The notes under the pieces are model-generated. The model did no database searches and had not been told where the DNA came from. It saw only the letters and a program-made list of their open reading frames with translations. The position numbers and the translations under genes were made by a program. From positions 128,001 to 192,000 of the forward strand of contig CAXXMD010000003.1 of the NCBI GenBank assembly GCA_963675755.2: DNA of 64,000 nucleotides, given 5' to 3'. Source of the stretch: a bacterium. Lineage in GTDB: Bacteria; Zhuqueibacterota; Zhuqueibacteria; Residuimicrobiales; Krinioviventaceae. Below are positions 42,023-54,125 of this stretch, in pieces (the stretch's first letter is position 1; every line of letters begins with the position of its first letter).

Positions 42023-45000
42023 TCATCGTAAAAGTAACATTTTACGTTTTTCTATCTTGTCAGCATATCGTAATGTATAAAAATACACACCAGACGCGGT
42101 CGTTTTTCCAAAATTATCTTTACCATCCCAAATCACCTGATGCATTCCGGATTGCTGCACACCTTGCACCAAATTTCTCACATTTCTGCCATTTACATCA
42201 ACAACTGACAATTCTACGACACCTGCATCGGGAAGTGAAAATTGAATCATTGTTTCAGGATTAAACGGATTAGGAAAATTCTGAAACAGATTAAATGAAT
42301 CTACGGTTTTTGTCTCAATTTGCAGAGACTTAATCTTATCTGCAGGGCTGAATGAAAGCTCAACTATACCGGTTGCTACACTTTCATCCTGGTCATTATA
42401 AAATGTAACAGAAACCTGATCACCTACTGCCCAGCCGCTTTGTAAATTTCCCAGTTGGGCATACCAAGCCTTGCCATCAATTGCAGAGCCCGGAGAATCC
42501 TGGCTAATGATCTGATCTTTATATTTTGCAACAAAACGGGTTACACTGTCTACACCTTCAATCTCACCATAGATCAAATGCGGAACTGATGCAGCAATTC
42601 GTGTGGTTTCAGTATATTTTTGTTTCAACAGTGCACCGGAAGAAGGCCATGCATTATCACCGGTTACATTTATATAATAGGGATAACCAAGATATGTATC
42701 AAAATTAGTACTCGACAATCCGGGTATATATTGATAATAACCTTGGATAGATGCATCCCACTTGGCCACACTGTTACAATAGGGTATGTCGTTTAAAAGG
42801 TCCTGCGCCGTTACCAATGCGCCTTTACTCAAAGGAAGCATCACTTCATTAAAATCAGTAGTTTCTGTCGTTTGCAGCATAAAAACAGGTTCGGTCAGAG
42901 AACCATCAAGCGTAAAATAAGTATCCTGGGTAACATTTACATAATATGGATAACCGGGATAAACTGAAAAATTTGTACTTGACAAACCGGGAATGTATTG
43001 ATAATAGCCTTGTATGGATGCATCCCAATAGGCTATTGAATTACAATAGGGTATAACATTTAATAAAGTTTGTGCATCGGTAACGCCATCTACAGCCACG
43101 GGTAAGGCAATATCATTAAAATCTGTGGTTTCAGTGGTTATCAACTCAAAGTCAAAAACACCATACACATCAGACAAATCACCTTCCGCACTGTTACGAA
43201 CGGGAGCAACCCGGTAATAATAATTTACAGATGCATTTCCTGCAACATTATCGGTATCTGTCCATTGTACACCGCTTGTTCCGCCATCCTGATCAGTCAC
43301 ACTTGCAGCTACACGGTTCGTGCCGCCATCCTGGTCAGCAACAAAATCGGGACTAGTACCACGATATACATGATACCCTGTTGCATTCTCTATTGCATCC
43401 CAGGTCATAAGCAGATTTGTTCCACCTGTCACACTGGCATCAGATATGACAGGAGTTCCCAGGTTGCTTGCAGAGCCTACCTCATATACCTGGTCTGCGG
43501 CAATGCCTTCATAATCCTGAACATCACCATTGGTCAAAGTAACGCGGATATCACAAGTTGTAAATCCACTCAAGCCAAAATGCAGAGCGGTCTGATTTTG
43601 ACACAAATAACTGTAATTAGATACCGATTCCTGGTAACCCAAAAGATAATTTGAATTGCCAATATAACCTGGCTGATAAACAGCGACCTTGGTACCAAAA
43701 CCACCATAATCGCCACCGGGGCCGGTGCACAAAACGTCAATATAATGATTACTGTTTTCTGAATCATTTCTCAGCATAAAGTTGTCGCCATATGTACAGG
43801 CAATAAAATAATCGATATCGCCATCATTATCAATATCCGCATAACCAGCACCTCTGGCACCACCAGCTGCAACTTCAAGAGCAGGTACATAACGATATGT
43901 CAAATTGCCGGCACCGTCATTCAAATATAATTCAGGTCTTGCGCCTTCTTCTTTTTCATCATTACGGATCAAATACAGGTCAAGATCTGCATCATTATCA
44001 ATATCACCAAAGACGGTGGAATAACCACTTACGGTAATACCATAATCCAAAGTAGCATTCACAAAATAACCGTTACCATTATTTTTAAAAATCCTCAAAT
44101 TCGGAAGATCGGTACTTCCAGAGAGGGTATAATTCATTACCACCAGATCAAGATCTGCATCATTGTCCAGATCTACTAAAGTAGCACCGTGCGAACGTCC
44201 ACCAATGTTAACGCTGCGGGCTGCCGCTTGTTCAGTAAAATTTCCGTTACCATCATTAATAAACAACCAGTTTGCAACTTCGCGACGACAAACATACAAG
44301 TCTATATCACCATCATTATCCACATCACCAGCGGTTACGCCCTGGCGTCCTTCTATATCTCCATCAGGCCCATTGGTCCCACGGTCCACGCGGGTCATTT
44401 GGCCGTTACCATTGTTTAAATATAATGCATTGGGATCACCCCAATTCAATACAAACAAATCCAGCCATCCGTCATTATTAATATCTGTAGCAACCGCTCC
44501 ACGGCTGAAAAAAGTCTCTGTGGAAATTCCGGCCCAGTCAGTAATGTCTGTAAAATTACCATTTCCATCATTTCTATACATCCGGTTACGACCCGGTGGC
44601 AAAGTTTCACCAACCGGCTGATTGCTCAGAAACACATCCAGGTCACCATCATTGTCGAAATCCGCTGAAACCACACCATGTGTATGGCCTTCATCTCCAA
44701 TACTCCTGCTTACAGCTTCATTGGTAAAAGTATTGTTCTGCTGATTTATATAAAGTACATCTTGCATAGTGGGGCCACCAGCATTGGTATAAAAAACATC
44801 ATACCAGCCATCCTGGTTCACATCACTAAAGCTTACACCATGGCCATAACCTTCCGGAGAAATCCCTGCTACACCTGCAGAACTGGTAATATTGGTAAAG
44901 GCGATTGTTGAAGCACCAGGATCACTCTCGCCGCGGCCATAAATACGGATATTCGAATATACTGGCCCTACCTGACCTTCATACATATTATCTGTACCTA

Positions 45001-45616
45001 AAAAGATATAGCGAAACTGTTCAATCATGGTACGGTACATTTCCAATTCACCCTGTACAACACCATCAACAAATGTCCATACAGAACCTTCGTCCCAAAC
45101 AATCTTGAATTCATATGTATCATTAATATTCCAGGTAGCGCTCTGCATATATCGGTCTTCTTCTCTACCGCCCGCATAAGCTGCCAGCATTTTGTAACCA
45201 GCCAGTCCCGGCCCATCCGAATAAGAGGTACCTGTACGAATATTCACCCATGCACCATCAGTATCAAAAATGTCTTTACTGCCATTTGCTTGCGAATAAA
45301 GATTGATAATCTGCTGCTTGTCGGTATGATTTTGATTAGCAGGATCAAAATTAGAAACATCAACAACAAAGGTACCTTCACGAGGCAGATCAGCCGGCAA
45401 TGTAATAAATAACTGGCTAGTGGTTTGCGTTGCCTTCCAGCCGACAGCCCTGAATTCACCATTATTGTTCTGGATATAACCAACACCGGAATTACCACCA
45501 TCCAGCAAATCGTCAGAATATAACAAGTTTGTATGCGTTGGAGCTGTGGCCGCAAACACCAATCCCATTGGCCAACAGAATAATGTTAACATTATGATTT
45601 TGGAAAGAAAACGCAT
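42023..45616 (-). CDS. Secreted FG-GAP/CRTAC1-like protein with ASPIC/UnbV domain and the shared tail
   Basis: Repeated DxDNDGDLD blades; Q..LHFGL motif; two 89-aa repeats; QNFPNPFNP tail. Confidence 0.85.
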   Translation of the reverse strand: MRFLSKIIMLTLFCWPMGLVFAATAPTHTNLLYSDDLLDGGNSGVGYIQNNNGEFRAVGWKATQTTSQLFITLPADLPREGTFVVDVSNFDPANQNHTDKQQIINLYSQANGSKDIFDTDGAWVNIRTGTSYSDGPGLAGYKMLAAYAGGREEDRYMQSATWNINDTYEFKIVWDEGSVWTFVDGVVQGELEMYRTMIEQFRYIFLGTDNMYEGQVGPVYSNIRIYGRGESDPGASTIAFTNITSSAGVAGISPEGYGHGVSFSDVNQDGWYDVFYTNAGGPTMQDVLYINQQNNTFTNEAVSRSIGDEGHTHGVVSADFDNDGDLDVFLSNQPVGETLPPGRNRMYRNDGNGNFTDITDWAGISTETFFSRGAVATDINNDGWLDLFVLNWGDPNALYLNNGNGQMTRVDRGTNGPDGDIEGRQGVTAGDVDNDGDIDLYVCRREVANWLFINDGNGNFTEQAAARSVNIGGRSHGATLVDLDNDADLDLVVMNYTLSGSTDLPNLRIFKNNGNGYFVNATLDYGITVSGYSTVFGDIDNDADLDLYLIRNDEKEEGARPELYLNDGAGNLTYRYVPALEVAAGGARGAGYADIDNDGDIDYFIACTYGDNFMLRNDSENSNHYIDVLCTGPGGDYGGFGTKVAVYQPGYIGNSNYLLGYQESVSNYSYLCQNQTALHFGLSGFTTCDIRVTLTNGDVQDYEGIAADQVYEVGSASNLGTPVISDASVTGGTNLLMTWDAIENATGYHVYRGTSPDFVADQDGGTNRVAASVTDQDGGTSGVQWTDTDNVAGNASVNYYYRVAPVRNSAEGDLSDVYGVFDFELITTETTDFNDIALPVAVDGVTDAQTLLNVIPYCNSIAYWDASIQGYYQYIPGLSSTNFSVYPGYPYYVNVTQDTYFTLDGSLTEPVFMLQTTETTDFNEVMLPLSKGALVTAQDLLNDIPYCNSVAKWDASIQGYYQYIPGLSSTNFDTYLGYPYYINVTGDNAWPSSGALLKQKYTETTRIAASVPHLIYGEIEGVDSVTRFVAKYKDQIISQDSPGSAIDGKAWYAQLGNLQSGWAVGDQVSVTFYNDQDESVATGIVELSFSPADKIKSLQIETKTVDSFNLFQNFPNPFNPETMIQFSLPDAGVVELSVVDVNGRNVRNLVQGVQQSGMHQVIWDGKDNFGKTTASGVYFYTLRYADKIEKRKMLLLR

Positions 45617-45720
45617 AATACTCCTTTTCTACATTTATTTTGTAAATACATACAAAAAACTATCAAATTTGCGAAAAAACAAAGAGATAAATATAAAATA
45701 TTATCTTACTTTTACAATAC

Positions 45721-48700
45721 TTATTTTAACAATACCGCCTTTTGCACCTTGTGATACGTACCAGCTTTCATCATGAACAAATATGTTCCGCTTGCAGCTT
45801 GACGGCCAAAATCATCACAGCCATTCCACTCTACCGAGTAACGTCCCGCTGTTTTTTCCTGATTGATTAATGTTCTTACACGCTGACCACGTGTGTTGTA
45901 TATCTCAATCAAGACATGAGCCTGTTCCGGCAGCTGATATTGGATCATGGTTGTGGGATTAAAAGGATTGGGATAATTCTGATCCAGACCATAATGATCA
46001 GGAATATCCACAACATCAAGTGCTCCGGCAAAATCCACAGCATTGGATGAAAGTGTATGTTCTATTGTATTCAACAGATTATTGTTTTCATCAAAAAACT
46101 CTACAATCAGCACCTGGTCTGGAGACCAGCCGTTTTCGAAATTACCCGCCTGTACCATCCAGTTTTCAGCAGTTATAAAACAACCAGGCGAGGTTTCATT
46201 TAGTGCCTTTTCAGGCAGATGACTAAGATATGCATTAAAATGTTGTACCTGGGTATCAGACATTTCACCCCAAATTGCATGGGGAGCTTTGCTGACAGAA
46301 TTCGTCTTGACAACCATTTCAGTTGCTTTGGCTTTTGAAAACGCACGTTGCGGCCAGCTAGTAGGAGCTGTAACATTGATATAATAGGGATAACCAGCTT
46401 TTATATCAAAATTTGTATGAATCAATCCTGGAACATATTGCCAATACCCTTGAATTTCAGTATCCCATTTTGCTACACTGTTACAATTTGGAATATCCTC
46501 TGCAAGATCAGCACTGGTTATTAATGATGCCTTGTCAAAAGGAAGTGTAATTTCATTAAAATCTGTGGTTGCTGTAGTAATCAAATTAAAGACAGGAGTA
46601 ACAACTTTGCCTAAAATCGTTAACACCTGATCTTCAAGCATATTGACATAATAGGGATTACCCATCTCGATTGTGAAATTGCTGGGCTCAAAACCCGGTA
46701 CATATTGTACATAATCCTGTAATTCAGCAGACCACATTGCTACAGAATTGCAGGAAGGGATATAAGATAGCAAATCATTTGCAGTTGTTATGCTTTCAAC
46801 AAAAAGCGGTAATGCAATTTCATTAAAATCTGTGGTTGCTGTGGTTAAAAGTGCATAATCAAACTCACCATAACTCAACGTAGCACTACTTTCTTCACCA
46901 TTCCGTAACGCGGTTATTCGGTAAAAATAATTAACACTTGTATTCCCCACAACAGGATCAGTATCTATCCACTGTACACTTGGCATTGACGCATCCTGAT
47001 CGGTAACGCCGCTTGCAACCCGGTTGCTGCCCGATTCATAATCGGGTTCAAAATAAGGATCCGTACCACGGTACACATTGTATCCTGAGGCGTTTGAAAC
47101 ATTAGTCCAGGTAAATTTAATATTATCGTCATCATGCACATTTGCATGCAAAATAATGGGTGCAGTCAATGCCTGATATGCATCAATTTCAAAAACCTGA
47201 TCAGCCTGCACGCCGGTATAATCAAGAATATCTCCATTTGTCAATTCTACACGAATATCACAAGCATTTCGGTTCTTTAAACCGAAATGTAATGCTGTTT
47301 GATTTTGTGACAAATACCCAAAATTCGAAACCGCTTCCTGATACCCTATTAAATAGTTGGTATCACCCAAATGCCCGATTTCATATACAGACACTTTTGA
47401 ACCAAAACCGCCATAATCACCTTTTGGACCTTCGCAAAGCACATCAATATAATGATAGTCATTTATCAGGTCATTGCGATACATGAGATTCCACGAATTT
47501 GCACAGGTAATATAAATATCAAGATCTCCGTCATTGTCATAATCCGCCAATGCTCCTGCACGCGCGTCACTTCCCCCGTCATCCAATCCGATTTCATTAA
47601 TTTCAGTAAATTTTCCGGTTCCGTCATTCAACAACAACTGGGGTGTAGCACCAGGTTCATTTTCATCATTCCGAACCAGCAACAAATCAGGATACCCATC
47701 ATTATCCATATCCCCAACTGCCGCAGTATAACCGCTAATGGAAATATTATATTCACTGCTCATGTCTGTAAAAAAACCGTTTCCATTATTGATAAACACA
47801 GACAACAGAGGCAAATCAGAACTGCCCGAAGTAGAATAATTTACAACAAACAAGTCCATGTCACCATCAACATCAATGTCAGCAAAGGTGGCACCATGCG
47901 ACAAACCGCCGACATTTACACCACGTTCTGCAGCATCATCATCAAAATTACCGGAACCATCATTGATGTACAATAAATTTCCAGCATCCCGCTGACATAC
48001 ATAAATATCAATATCACCGTCATTGTCAACATCGGCTGCAGTTACGCCTTGCTGAGCGGTTACATCCCCAGCCGGACCATCTGCACCTCTGTCAGACCGG
48101 TTCATTTTTCCTGTACCATCATTAATATATGTTTCATTTTGGCTGCCCCAATTCACAGTATATAAATCCAGATAGCCATCATTATTAATATCTAATGCAA
48201 TAGCACCACGCGAATACCCATAATAATCAGATATACCAAAACCTTCGGTAACATCAGTAAAGAATCCCGAACCTTCATTACGATAAATACGGTTCTTCCC
48301 TGCTTGAATATTCACACCAATGGGTTGATTGGCAAAATAAGCATCCTGATAGCCATCATTATTCAAATCCGCTAAAACCACACTATGCGTATAACCGCTA
48401 TCCTCAACATTCCTTGTAGCGGCTTCATCATGAAACTGCCCCTCACCATTATTAATATACAACTGATCCAGAGTACTCTCTGTGCCCCCTGCATTACTAA
48501 CAGCAAGATCCTGGAATCCATCCCGGTTTAGATCGGCAAAAGCAGCTGCACGACCATAGCCTGCTGATGAAAACCCCTTAACATTTACCGCCTCTGTAAC
48601 ATCCGTAAACTGTACATATTTTTCAGTAACCTGAATATAACCTGACTGGGTTTTAGTATCACTCCCGCCATCACCGGATACAGATAAAGTAACAGTATAC

Positions 48701-50484
48701 GTACCCGGCTGTGCATATGTATGCTGTGGATTTTGTACATATGAATGACTTGATCCGTCACCAAAATTCCAATCCCATGAGTTGGCATTGATTGAAAGAT
48801 CAGTAAACTGCACCTGTAGCGGCATAAAACCGGAACGGGGCTGTGCGGAAAAATCCGCTTCTGTAGCAACAGCTTCGGGTTGTTTTTTGATATAGACAAC
48901 CAGGTCCTGATTGAATGTTGGAAAATTAATTAAAATATTTCCACCACCATCAAGATCATTGATTTCACTATTGGTATAATATGCGCCATTTGAGGGATTG
49001 TAAAATTGTACATCATATTTGCCGGCATCGAGAGCTACCCGAATACCATTACTGTATGTATAATTATCCGGTATATCCCAGGCATCCAAAGTATTATCCG
49101 GACCATTGACCATATAAATTACAATTTCATCATCTGATGCAAGTGCCCATTCGTACATGGATGCAGGATCATTTCGAATTATTGACTCATTTGGCTGCAT
49201 CTTCCAGAATTCTGTTCGCTCCCAGAATGGTCTGAGATATGGAACATATTCATAACCGGGTCCATTGTATGACACATCTACAATGCCTTCACTGCCTTCA
49301 TAAGAATGAAAGCAGGTATAAACACCGGTAATACTCCATGTCCAATACTGTTTTCTACGGTGCTCTGCGCAATTGTTGCTATGCCTTATTTCTCTGGCAG
49401 TTTCATCGCACCATGCTGGTTTATCGTATTGTTTAATGGTTTGTGCAATCTCACGGATCTGAGCAAGACTGTGTTGATTGTGTTTTGCCCAGTGGTTAAT
49501 AGCCACATCAACCCACGATTCATCAGCCCAGGCCGCATCCGTAGTGCTTTTATGCGCTGGTGCAACCAGGTGACTATATGGATCATTGGCATGCACAAAA
49601 TTTGCAATATCAATCACATAATCTTTATCATCACGGTCCGGTTGAAATTCATTATTTGTTTGAAATAAAATAATATTGGGATTACTGGCCAAACGTGCCA
49701 GAGCATAATCGAGATATGGCTCTGCATAATTCCAGTCAAGATTTGTTCGCATAAGGGTAAAAAAACAAACTTCGGAATATATATTACGATCAGCAGCGTA
49801 TTTTATAATATCATCAATCTTTTTCCAGAAATCAATATTGTATCGGTTATAATCAGGATTACTACGGGTTCCCTGCCAGGGCCAAACATCAATATAAGGC
49901 TCTGCGGATGAAAAATCAAACTCTAGTGCAAAACGAATACAGTTTTCTTTACGGGGAACCATTTTATCTATAAATGCTCTATAATTTGTTTGTGTTACAC
50001 CGCCAATTAACCAGGCGGTTTTGGAAAAAATAAAAGGGTGTCCACCATTAGAAAACATGAAAGCATTGGTATATTCAGGATCCGTAATAATAAAGCCATT
50101 TCCGGCATTGGTATCGATAACATAAAAATTTCCGGTAAATGTTTTTTGGCCATTAGTATCTTTAAAAACTATATTATATGAATAAGATCCGGTTTCAGAT
50201 GGCGTAAAACGCAATTTGTGCAAAGTGCCATTATAGGAATCACAAAATCCACGAACCTGAACAATATCATTAGAAGGGGATGTAAAATTCGCCTGAATAT
50301 CTACATCTGTAAAAGGATTACCAACTTTAGGTGAGGTTACATTAAAAACAAACTCCATAACTTTGTACTGCGCGTAATTGTCCTCAAGGCCTGCCAAGCT
50401 AACGGTTCTGGATTGTACCGTTTGTGCAATACCAAAAAGCAACTGTATCAACATAGAACAAATTAAAACAAAATTCGATTTCAT
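45721..50484 (-). CDS. Secreted putative glycoside hydrolase (DUF5060/DUF4038-like) with PKD, FG-GAP, ASPIC domains and the shared tail
   Basis: NPF.DV...F.SPS..GF..RFTP; NEF; PAWCDE; PKD motif [15 protein letters not shown]; DxDNDGD blades; QNYPNPFNP tail. Confidence 0.8.
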   Translation of the reverse strand: MKSNFVLICSMLIQLLFGIAQTVQSRTVSLAGLEDNYAQYKVMEFVFNVTSPKVGNPFTDVDIQANFTSPSNDIVQVRGFCDSYNGTLHKLRFTPSETGSYSYNIVFKDTNGQKTFTGNFYVIDTNAGNGFIITDPEYTNAFMFSNGGHPFIFSKTAWLIGGVTQTNYRAFIDKMVPRKENCIRFALEFDFSSAEPYIDVWPWQGTRSNPDYNRYNIDFWKKIDDIIKYAADRNIYSEVCFFTLMRTNLDWNYAEPYLDYALARLASNPNIILFQTNNEFQPDRDDKDYVIDIANFVHANDPYSHLVAPAHKSTTDAAWADESWVDVAINHWAKHNQHSLAQIREIAQTIKQYDKPAWCDETAREIRHSNNCAEHRRKQYWTWSITGVYTCFHSYEGSEGIVDVSYNGPGYEYVPYLRPFWERTEFWKMQPNESIIRNDPASMYEWALASDDEIVIYMVNGPDNTLDAWDIPDNYTYSNGIRVALDAGKYDVQFYNPSNGAYYTNSEINDLDGGGNILINFPTFNQDLVVYIKKQPEAVATEADFSAQPRSGFMPLQVQFTDLSINANSWDWNFGDGSSHSYVQNPQHTYAQPGTYTVTLSVSGDGGSDTKTQSGYIQVTEKYVQFTDVTEAVNVKGFSSAGYGRAAAFADLNRDGFQDLAVSNAGGTESTLDQLYINNGEGQFHDEAATRNVEDSGYTHSVVLADLNNDGYQDAYFANQPIGVNIQAGKNRIYRNEGSGFFTDVTEGFGISDYYGYSRGAIALDINNDGYLDLYTVNWGSQNETYINDGTGKMNRSDRGADGPAGDVTAQQGVTAADVDNDGDIDIYVCQRDAGNLLYINDGSGNFDDDAAERGVNVGGLSHGATFADIDVDGDMDLFVVNYSTSGSSDLPLLSVFINNGNGFFTDMSSEYNISISGYTAAVGDMDNDGYPDLLLVRNDENEPGATPQLLLNDGTGKFTEINEIGLDDGGSDARAGALADYDNDGDLDIYITCANSWNLMYRNDLINDYHYIDVLCEGPKGDYGGFGSKVSVYEIGHLGDTNYLIGYQEAVSNFGYLSQNQTALHFGLKNRNACDIRVELTNGDILDYTGVQADQVFEIDAYQALTAPIILHANVHDDDNIKFTWTNVSNASGYNVYRGTDPYFEPDYESGSNRVASGVTDQDASMPSVQWIDTDPVVGNTSVNYFYRITALRNGEESSATLSYGEFDYALLTTATTDFNEIALPLFVESITTANDLLSYIPSCNSVAMWSAELQDYVQYVPGFEPSNFTIEMGNPYYVNMLEDQVLTILGKVVTPVFNLITTATTDFNEITLPFDKASLITSADLAEDIPNCNSVAKWDTEIQGYWQYVPGLIHTNFDIKAGYPYYINVTAPTSWPQRAFSKAKATEMVVKTNSVSKAPHAIWGEMSDTQVQHFNAYLSHLPEKALNETSPGCFITAENWMVQAGNFENGWSPDQVLIVEFFDENNNLLNTIEHTLSSNAVDFAGALDVVDIPDHYGLDQNYPNPFNPTTMIQYQLPEQAHVLIEIYNTRGQRVRTLINQEKTAGRYSVEWNGCDDFGRQAASGTYLFMMKAGTYHKVQKAVLLK

Positions 50485-50628
50485 CGCACCCTTCTTTGCA
50501 TTGTTTTTAATTAACTTACGCGACATACTAATCCATACATTTTGTTATACTTATTACAGGCAACTATTGTACCTTTTTCAAAGGATTTTACATGATTGAA
50601 AAACAGGAAATAAAAATTAAATGAAATG

Positions 50629-51279
50629 CTATTGTTGCTCGGGATTGTAACTTAATTTCATCATCTTTTTTCTTAAAATACCTTGTTCTGATTGTAAAAC
50701 AAACTCATAAACGCCAGGGCTGACATTTTTATTCTCATCATTATTCCCATTCCATACTACATTATAATAACCTGGCAATGCAGTACGGTTAAACAGCTCT
50801 CTAATTTCATTTTGGGATGAATTAATAACTTTGAGTGTTACATCCCCCTCCAATTCATCAGGAAGTTGAAATGAGATATTTGTAGCTGAAATAAAAGGAT
50901 TTGGAAAGTTCTGATATAATGTAAATACTGTATTAAACTTTTTTATAGTTACACCTGCCTCATGGCTATAGTTATAACTACCATCAGCACTCGTTTGCCT
51001 CAACCGATAAGACAACAATCCCTTACAACCAGGAATATCTTCATGAGAATACTCCTTTCTTTCAAAATATGACCCCGCACCCGCCACAAATGCTACCTGA
51101 TTCCATTCGTCTTCGTCCATTAGACGACGCTCTATAGCAAAACCTATATTTCCGATTTCATTATCCGATGTCCACTCTAATAATACTTTATCTTTGGAAG
51201 CATAAATAACAAAATCTACCAAGTCTACATCAGAAGCACCACGATTTGCGTTTACAGATTCGTTTGGTTTGTTCGGCAT
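50629..51279 (-). CDS. Small FlgD/T9SS-CTD-like protein without an evident signal peptide
   Basis: LEW.S.NE..N.GF.IER, YRLRQ...DG, QNFPNPF; homologous to the C-terminus of the neighbouring ORF. Confidence 0.7.
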   Translation of the reverse strand: MPNKPNESVNANRGASDVDLVDFVIYASKDKVLLEWTSDNEIGNIGFAIERRLMDEDEWNQVAFVAGAGSYFERKEYSHEDIPGCKGLLSYRLRQTSADGSYNYSHEAGVTIKKFNTVFTLYQNFPNPFISATNISFQLPDELEGDVTLKVINSSQNEIRELFNRTALPGYYNVVWNGNNDENKNVSPGVYEFVLQSEQGILRKKMMKLSYNPEQQ

Positions 51280-51351
51280 ATTTCATTTCCAATACTTGCA
51301 AGGGGAAACTGATCCGGTATAACAATTAATTTGCCAATTACATATAAAAAA

Positions 51352-53655
51352 TCATTGCAATTTAATCATTTTTCGAATCTGTTGCAAGTTCCCAATTTTT
51401 AAAACATAAAAATATTCGCCCGAACCTGTCTCCTGACCTGATTCATTAAATCCATCCCATACAACTTGAAAATAACCCGCCTGAGCAGGAGCATTAACCA
51501 GGGTACGCAAGCGACGTCCTAGAACATCATACACATCCAAACGAACATTGCCGGAAAGATTATCCGGAACTTGATATGCAATCCGGGTAACCGGATTGAA
51601 AGGATTGGGATAATTCTGAAATAATGCCATTTCTTGTGGCGCTTTGACTGTTAAATGCACAACATCACTAAATTCAACAGATCCATCTGTATCTACCTGT
51701 TTTAAGCGATACATAACAGTTCCGGTTACATCAATTTTATCCGTAAAACTATAACGATTACTGGAAGTGGTTGTACCAGCACCATTGACAAATGCCACCT
51801 CTTGCCAGGCATTCTGTGTTCCTGATTTTCTTTCAACTGAGAAACCCAGATTGTTGGTTTCCGATTCAGTAATCCAAACCAGTTCAATATGATCATCTAC
51901 CTGATTTGCTGTAAATAACGACAACTCTACCGGCGATGTATTTTGCCCCGCAAGATTTGAAAAGTCTGACCAGTTTTCATACTCGTCTGATGAACGAATG
52001 TAAAAGTAATATCTTTTATTCATTGTCAGATTGTTAATAGTAACACTTTGTGTTTGTCCGGGTTCAGCAGGACTTGGCATATTATCTACAAACGCAGCAC
52101 CATTCCACCAGGTTTCTACACCATAAATTGGCAGTGCTGTGCTGTATTTCATTTGATACTGATAAGCAGGGCCTCCGGCATCCCCATCATCTCCGGGAGC
52201 AGTCCATGACAGGGTTACAAAATCCTGCCCGCTGTCAGAAACTAACAAATCTGCAATTTTAGCAGGTTTGATTGTATCCACTGGAAAGTTCTGTTCAGAC
52301 AAGGTTATATTGTCCGTTCCTATAGGGTTCTCATGAAAAGACTTGATCACGGCAGCACTGTCAGGAGACAAATTAGCTCCCAAAAAGTAAAGCCAAAGCT
52401 GTATATCAATTCTGGATTCCTGTGAAAAAGAACCGGTATATTTTACACCAGTATCACCCCAGGAACCATTCACACCGGTATCAAAAGCCTGATCGCCACT
52501 CAAGGGACTATCATTTGTTCCTGTTAGATCATCTTTATAATAAAGATACTGATTAACAGCAACATCAGGAAGTTCTGCTATACCCAACAAAGTTCCGGGT
52601 GTACCTGTTTGCATCCACCAGTTCCACCCCGGGATATTTAAATCACGGGGAACACCAATATCATCACTTTCTGTTGTTCGGTTAACAAGCGATCCATTCG
52701 GCTTGGCAGAAAGAGCATTTTCAGCAAACATATGCATACCATTGGCTGATGGATCGAGATCATAAGACAGCCTTAAAAAATCAACATCTGCATCTGCAGG
52801 TATCTTTAATTGTCTAAAAGATCCCATATCGCAGCTAGTGGGATAATATTTTACAATATAATCAAAAACAGGTAAATCAATTGCGCCTTGCAATTCGGGT
52901 ACTTCGAGTTGAATTTTCCAATTTCTGACAACACGAATTTGTCCTTCAATGCCGCTCGCATTCTGTTTCGTTAAATTTTCCTCGGATAACACCAGGGTGA
53001 CTGAACCCAGAAATCCCAAATCATAAGATCCTCTAACCCTGATCTTGAAACGGTCAATAAAATCTTCACCATTGCCGCCACCATCATTGGTTAACAGCAA
53101 AGTGGTCATAATACCATTACTCGCATTATGGGCAACCTGGTAAAATTGACTTTCTACCCGGTCCAGACTTGCATCGTATTGAATATAATCAGTAGCCACA
53201 GGATGTGAGGCTTTATTGTCAGTCCGGTAAACATATACATATCCATCATCACCACTCAATGGATCATGTATCTGTACCTGATAACGAGGATAATTTCTGG
53301 AACTCTCGTCGGAAATCCAAGAAGAGGAAGGAGCAACATCTCCACAATCATTGGCCAAAACCAATAGTTCATCATTAGCGGTTAACAGATTATCCTGGCC
53401 ACTAAACATGTAATCGTTATCTGAATCCAAATCATCAATTTGATATGAAATAGCTGTCCAACTTGATGAAAGATCCGAATACGAATAAACAACCAAATTA
53501 TTATGAGAGATGTTCAGAAATCCCTGAAACTCAGCCCCCTTGATAATCACAGGTTCATAAGCTCTGTTTGTCACAGCATACAAACTTGAATAAATCAGCA
53601 CAACAATAAGCAATGCACTGAAAAGGAAAAAAGATTTTTTTTCAGGAGATTTCAT
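51352..53655 (-). CDS. Secreted protein with FN3-like and C-terminal sorting domains
   Basis: Signal peptide; LSWTAPGDDG; PVELSLF..WITESETNNLGF; QNYPNPFNP. Confidence 0.8.
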   Translation of the reverse strand: MKSPEKKSFFLFSALLIVVLIYSSLYAVTNRAYEPVIIKGAEFQGFLNISHNNLVVYSYSDLSSSWTAISYQIDDLDSDNDYMFSGQDNLLTANDELLVLANDCGDVAPSSSWISDESSRNYPRYQVQIHDPLSGDDGYVYVYRTDNKASHPVATDYIQYDASLDRVESQFYQVAHNASNGIMTTLLLTNDGGGNGEDFIDRFKIRVRGSYDLGFLGSVTLVLSEENLTKQNASGIEGQIRVVRNWKIQLEVPELQGAIDLPVFDYIVKYYPTSCDMGSFRQLKIPADADVDFLRLSYDLDPSANGMHMFAENALSAKPNGSLVNRTTESDDIGVPRDLNIPGWNWWMQTGTPGTLLGIAELPDVAVNQYLYYKDDLTGTNDSPLSGDQAFDTGVNGSWGDTGVKYTGSFSQESRIDIQLWLYFLGANLSPDSAAVIKSFHENPIGTDNITLSEQNFPVDTIKPAKIADLLVSDSGQDFVTLSWTAPGDDGDAGGPAYQYQMKYSTALPIYGVETWWNGAAFVDNMPSPAEPGQTQSVTINNLTMNKRYYFYIRSSDEYENWSDFSNLAGQNTSPVELSLFTANQVDDHIELVWITESETNNLGFSVERKSGTQNAWQEVAFVNGAGTTTSSNRYSFTDKIDVTGTVMYRLKQVDTDGSVEFSDVVHLTVKAPQEMALFQNYPNPFNPVTRIAYQVPDNLSGNVRLDVYDVLGRRLRTLVNAPAQAGYFQVVWDGFNESGQETGSGEYFYVLKIGNLQQIRKMIKLQ

Positions 53656-53702
53656 ATATACTCCTTCCATTTTTTTAAAAGCGGAAGGATCTAACAAACA
53701 TA

Positions 53703-54044
53703 TTATTTATCAAAAGCGTTAGTAGCCTCTTCCACAGTATCAAATGTATCAAAAATAGTGATTAATTTTGTGATCATGAACAAACTTTTTACTTTTTCTG
53801 TAACGCGAGACAATTTTAAATCACCATCTGCATTTCTCAGTGTGGTCATTGATCCCATCAATGCGCCTAAACCAGTACTATTCATCCATGTAACTTTACC
53901 TAAATCTATAACAACTTTTTTAACTCCGTCAGCAACCAGTTCTTTAACTTTAGTATGTATTGCTGCTGTTTCCGGGCCGCCCATTAATTTCCCTTTTAAC
54001 TCGATAATTGCAATATCACCTTGCATTTGCTCTTTAATAGGCAT
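53703..54044 (-). CDS. STAS-domain anti-sigma factor antagonist
   Basis: GKLMGG, VIDLGKVTWMNSTGLGAL, ITKL..IF; ATG 54044 after GGAGG. Confidence 0.92.
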   Translation of the reverse strand: MPIKEQMQGDIAIIELKGKLMGGPETAAIHTKVKELVADGVKKVVIDLGKVTWMNSTGLGALMGSMTTLRNADGDLKLSRVTEKVKSLFMITKLITIFDTFDTVEEATNAFDK

Positions 54045-54125
54045 TTTGTATTCCTCCAAATTATAATTTCAGATATCAATTTTGCTTAAGCAAAGATAAA
54101 ACATTTTTAGCTATAAATCAACTTT

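Noticed and set aside
39880-46860. Diversity-generating retroelement template/variable repeats
   Set aside because: All copies are in-frame protein domains, differences are not adenine-specific by eye, and no reverse transcriptase is present
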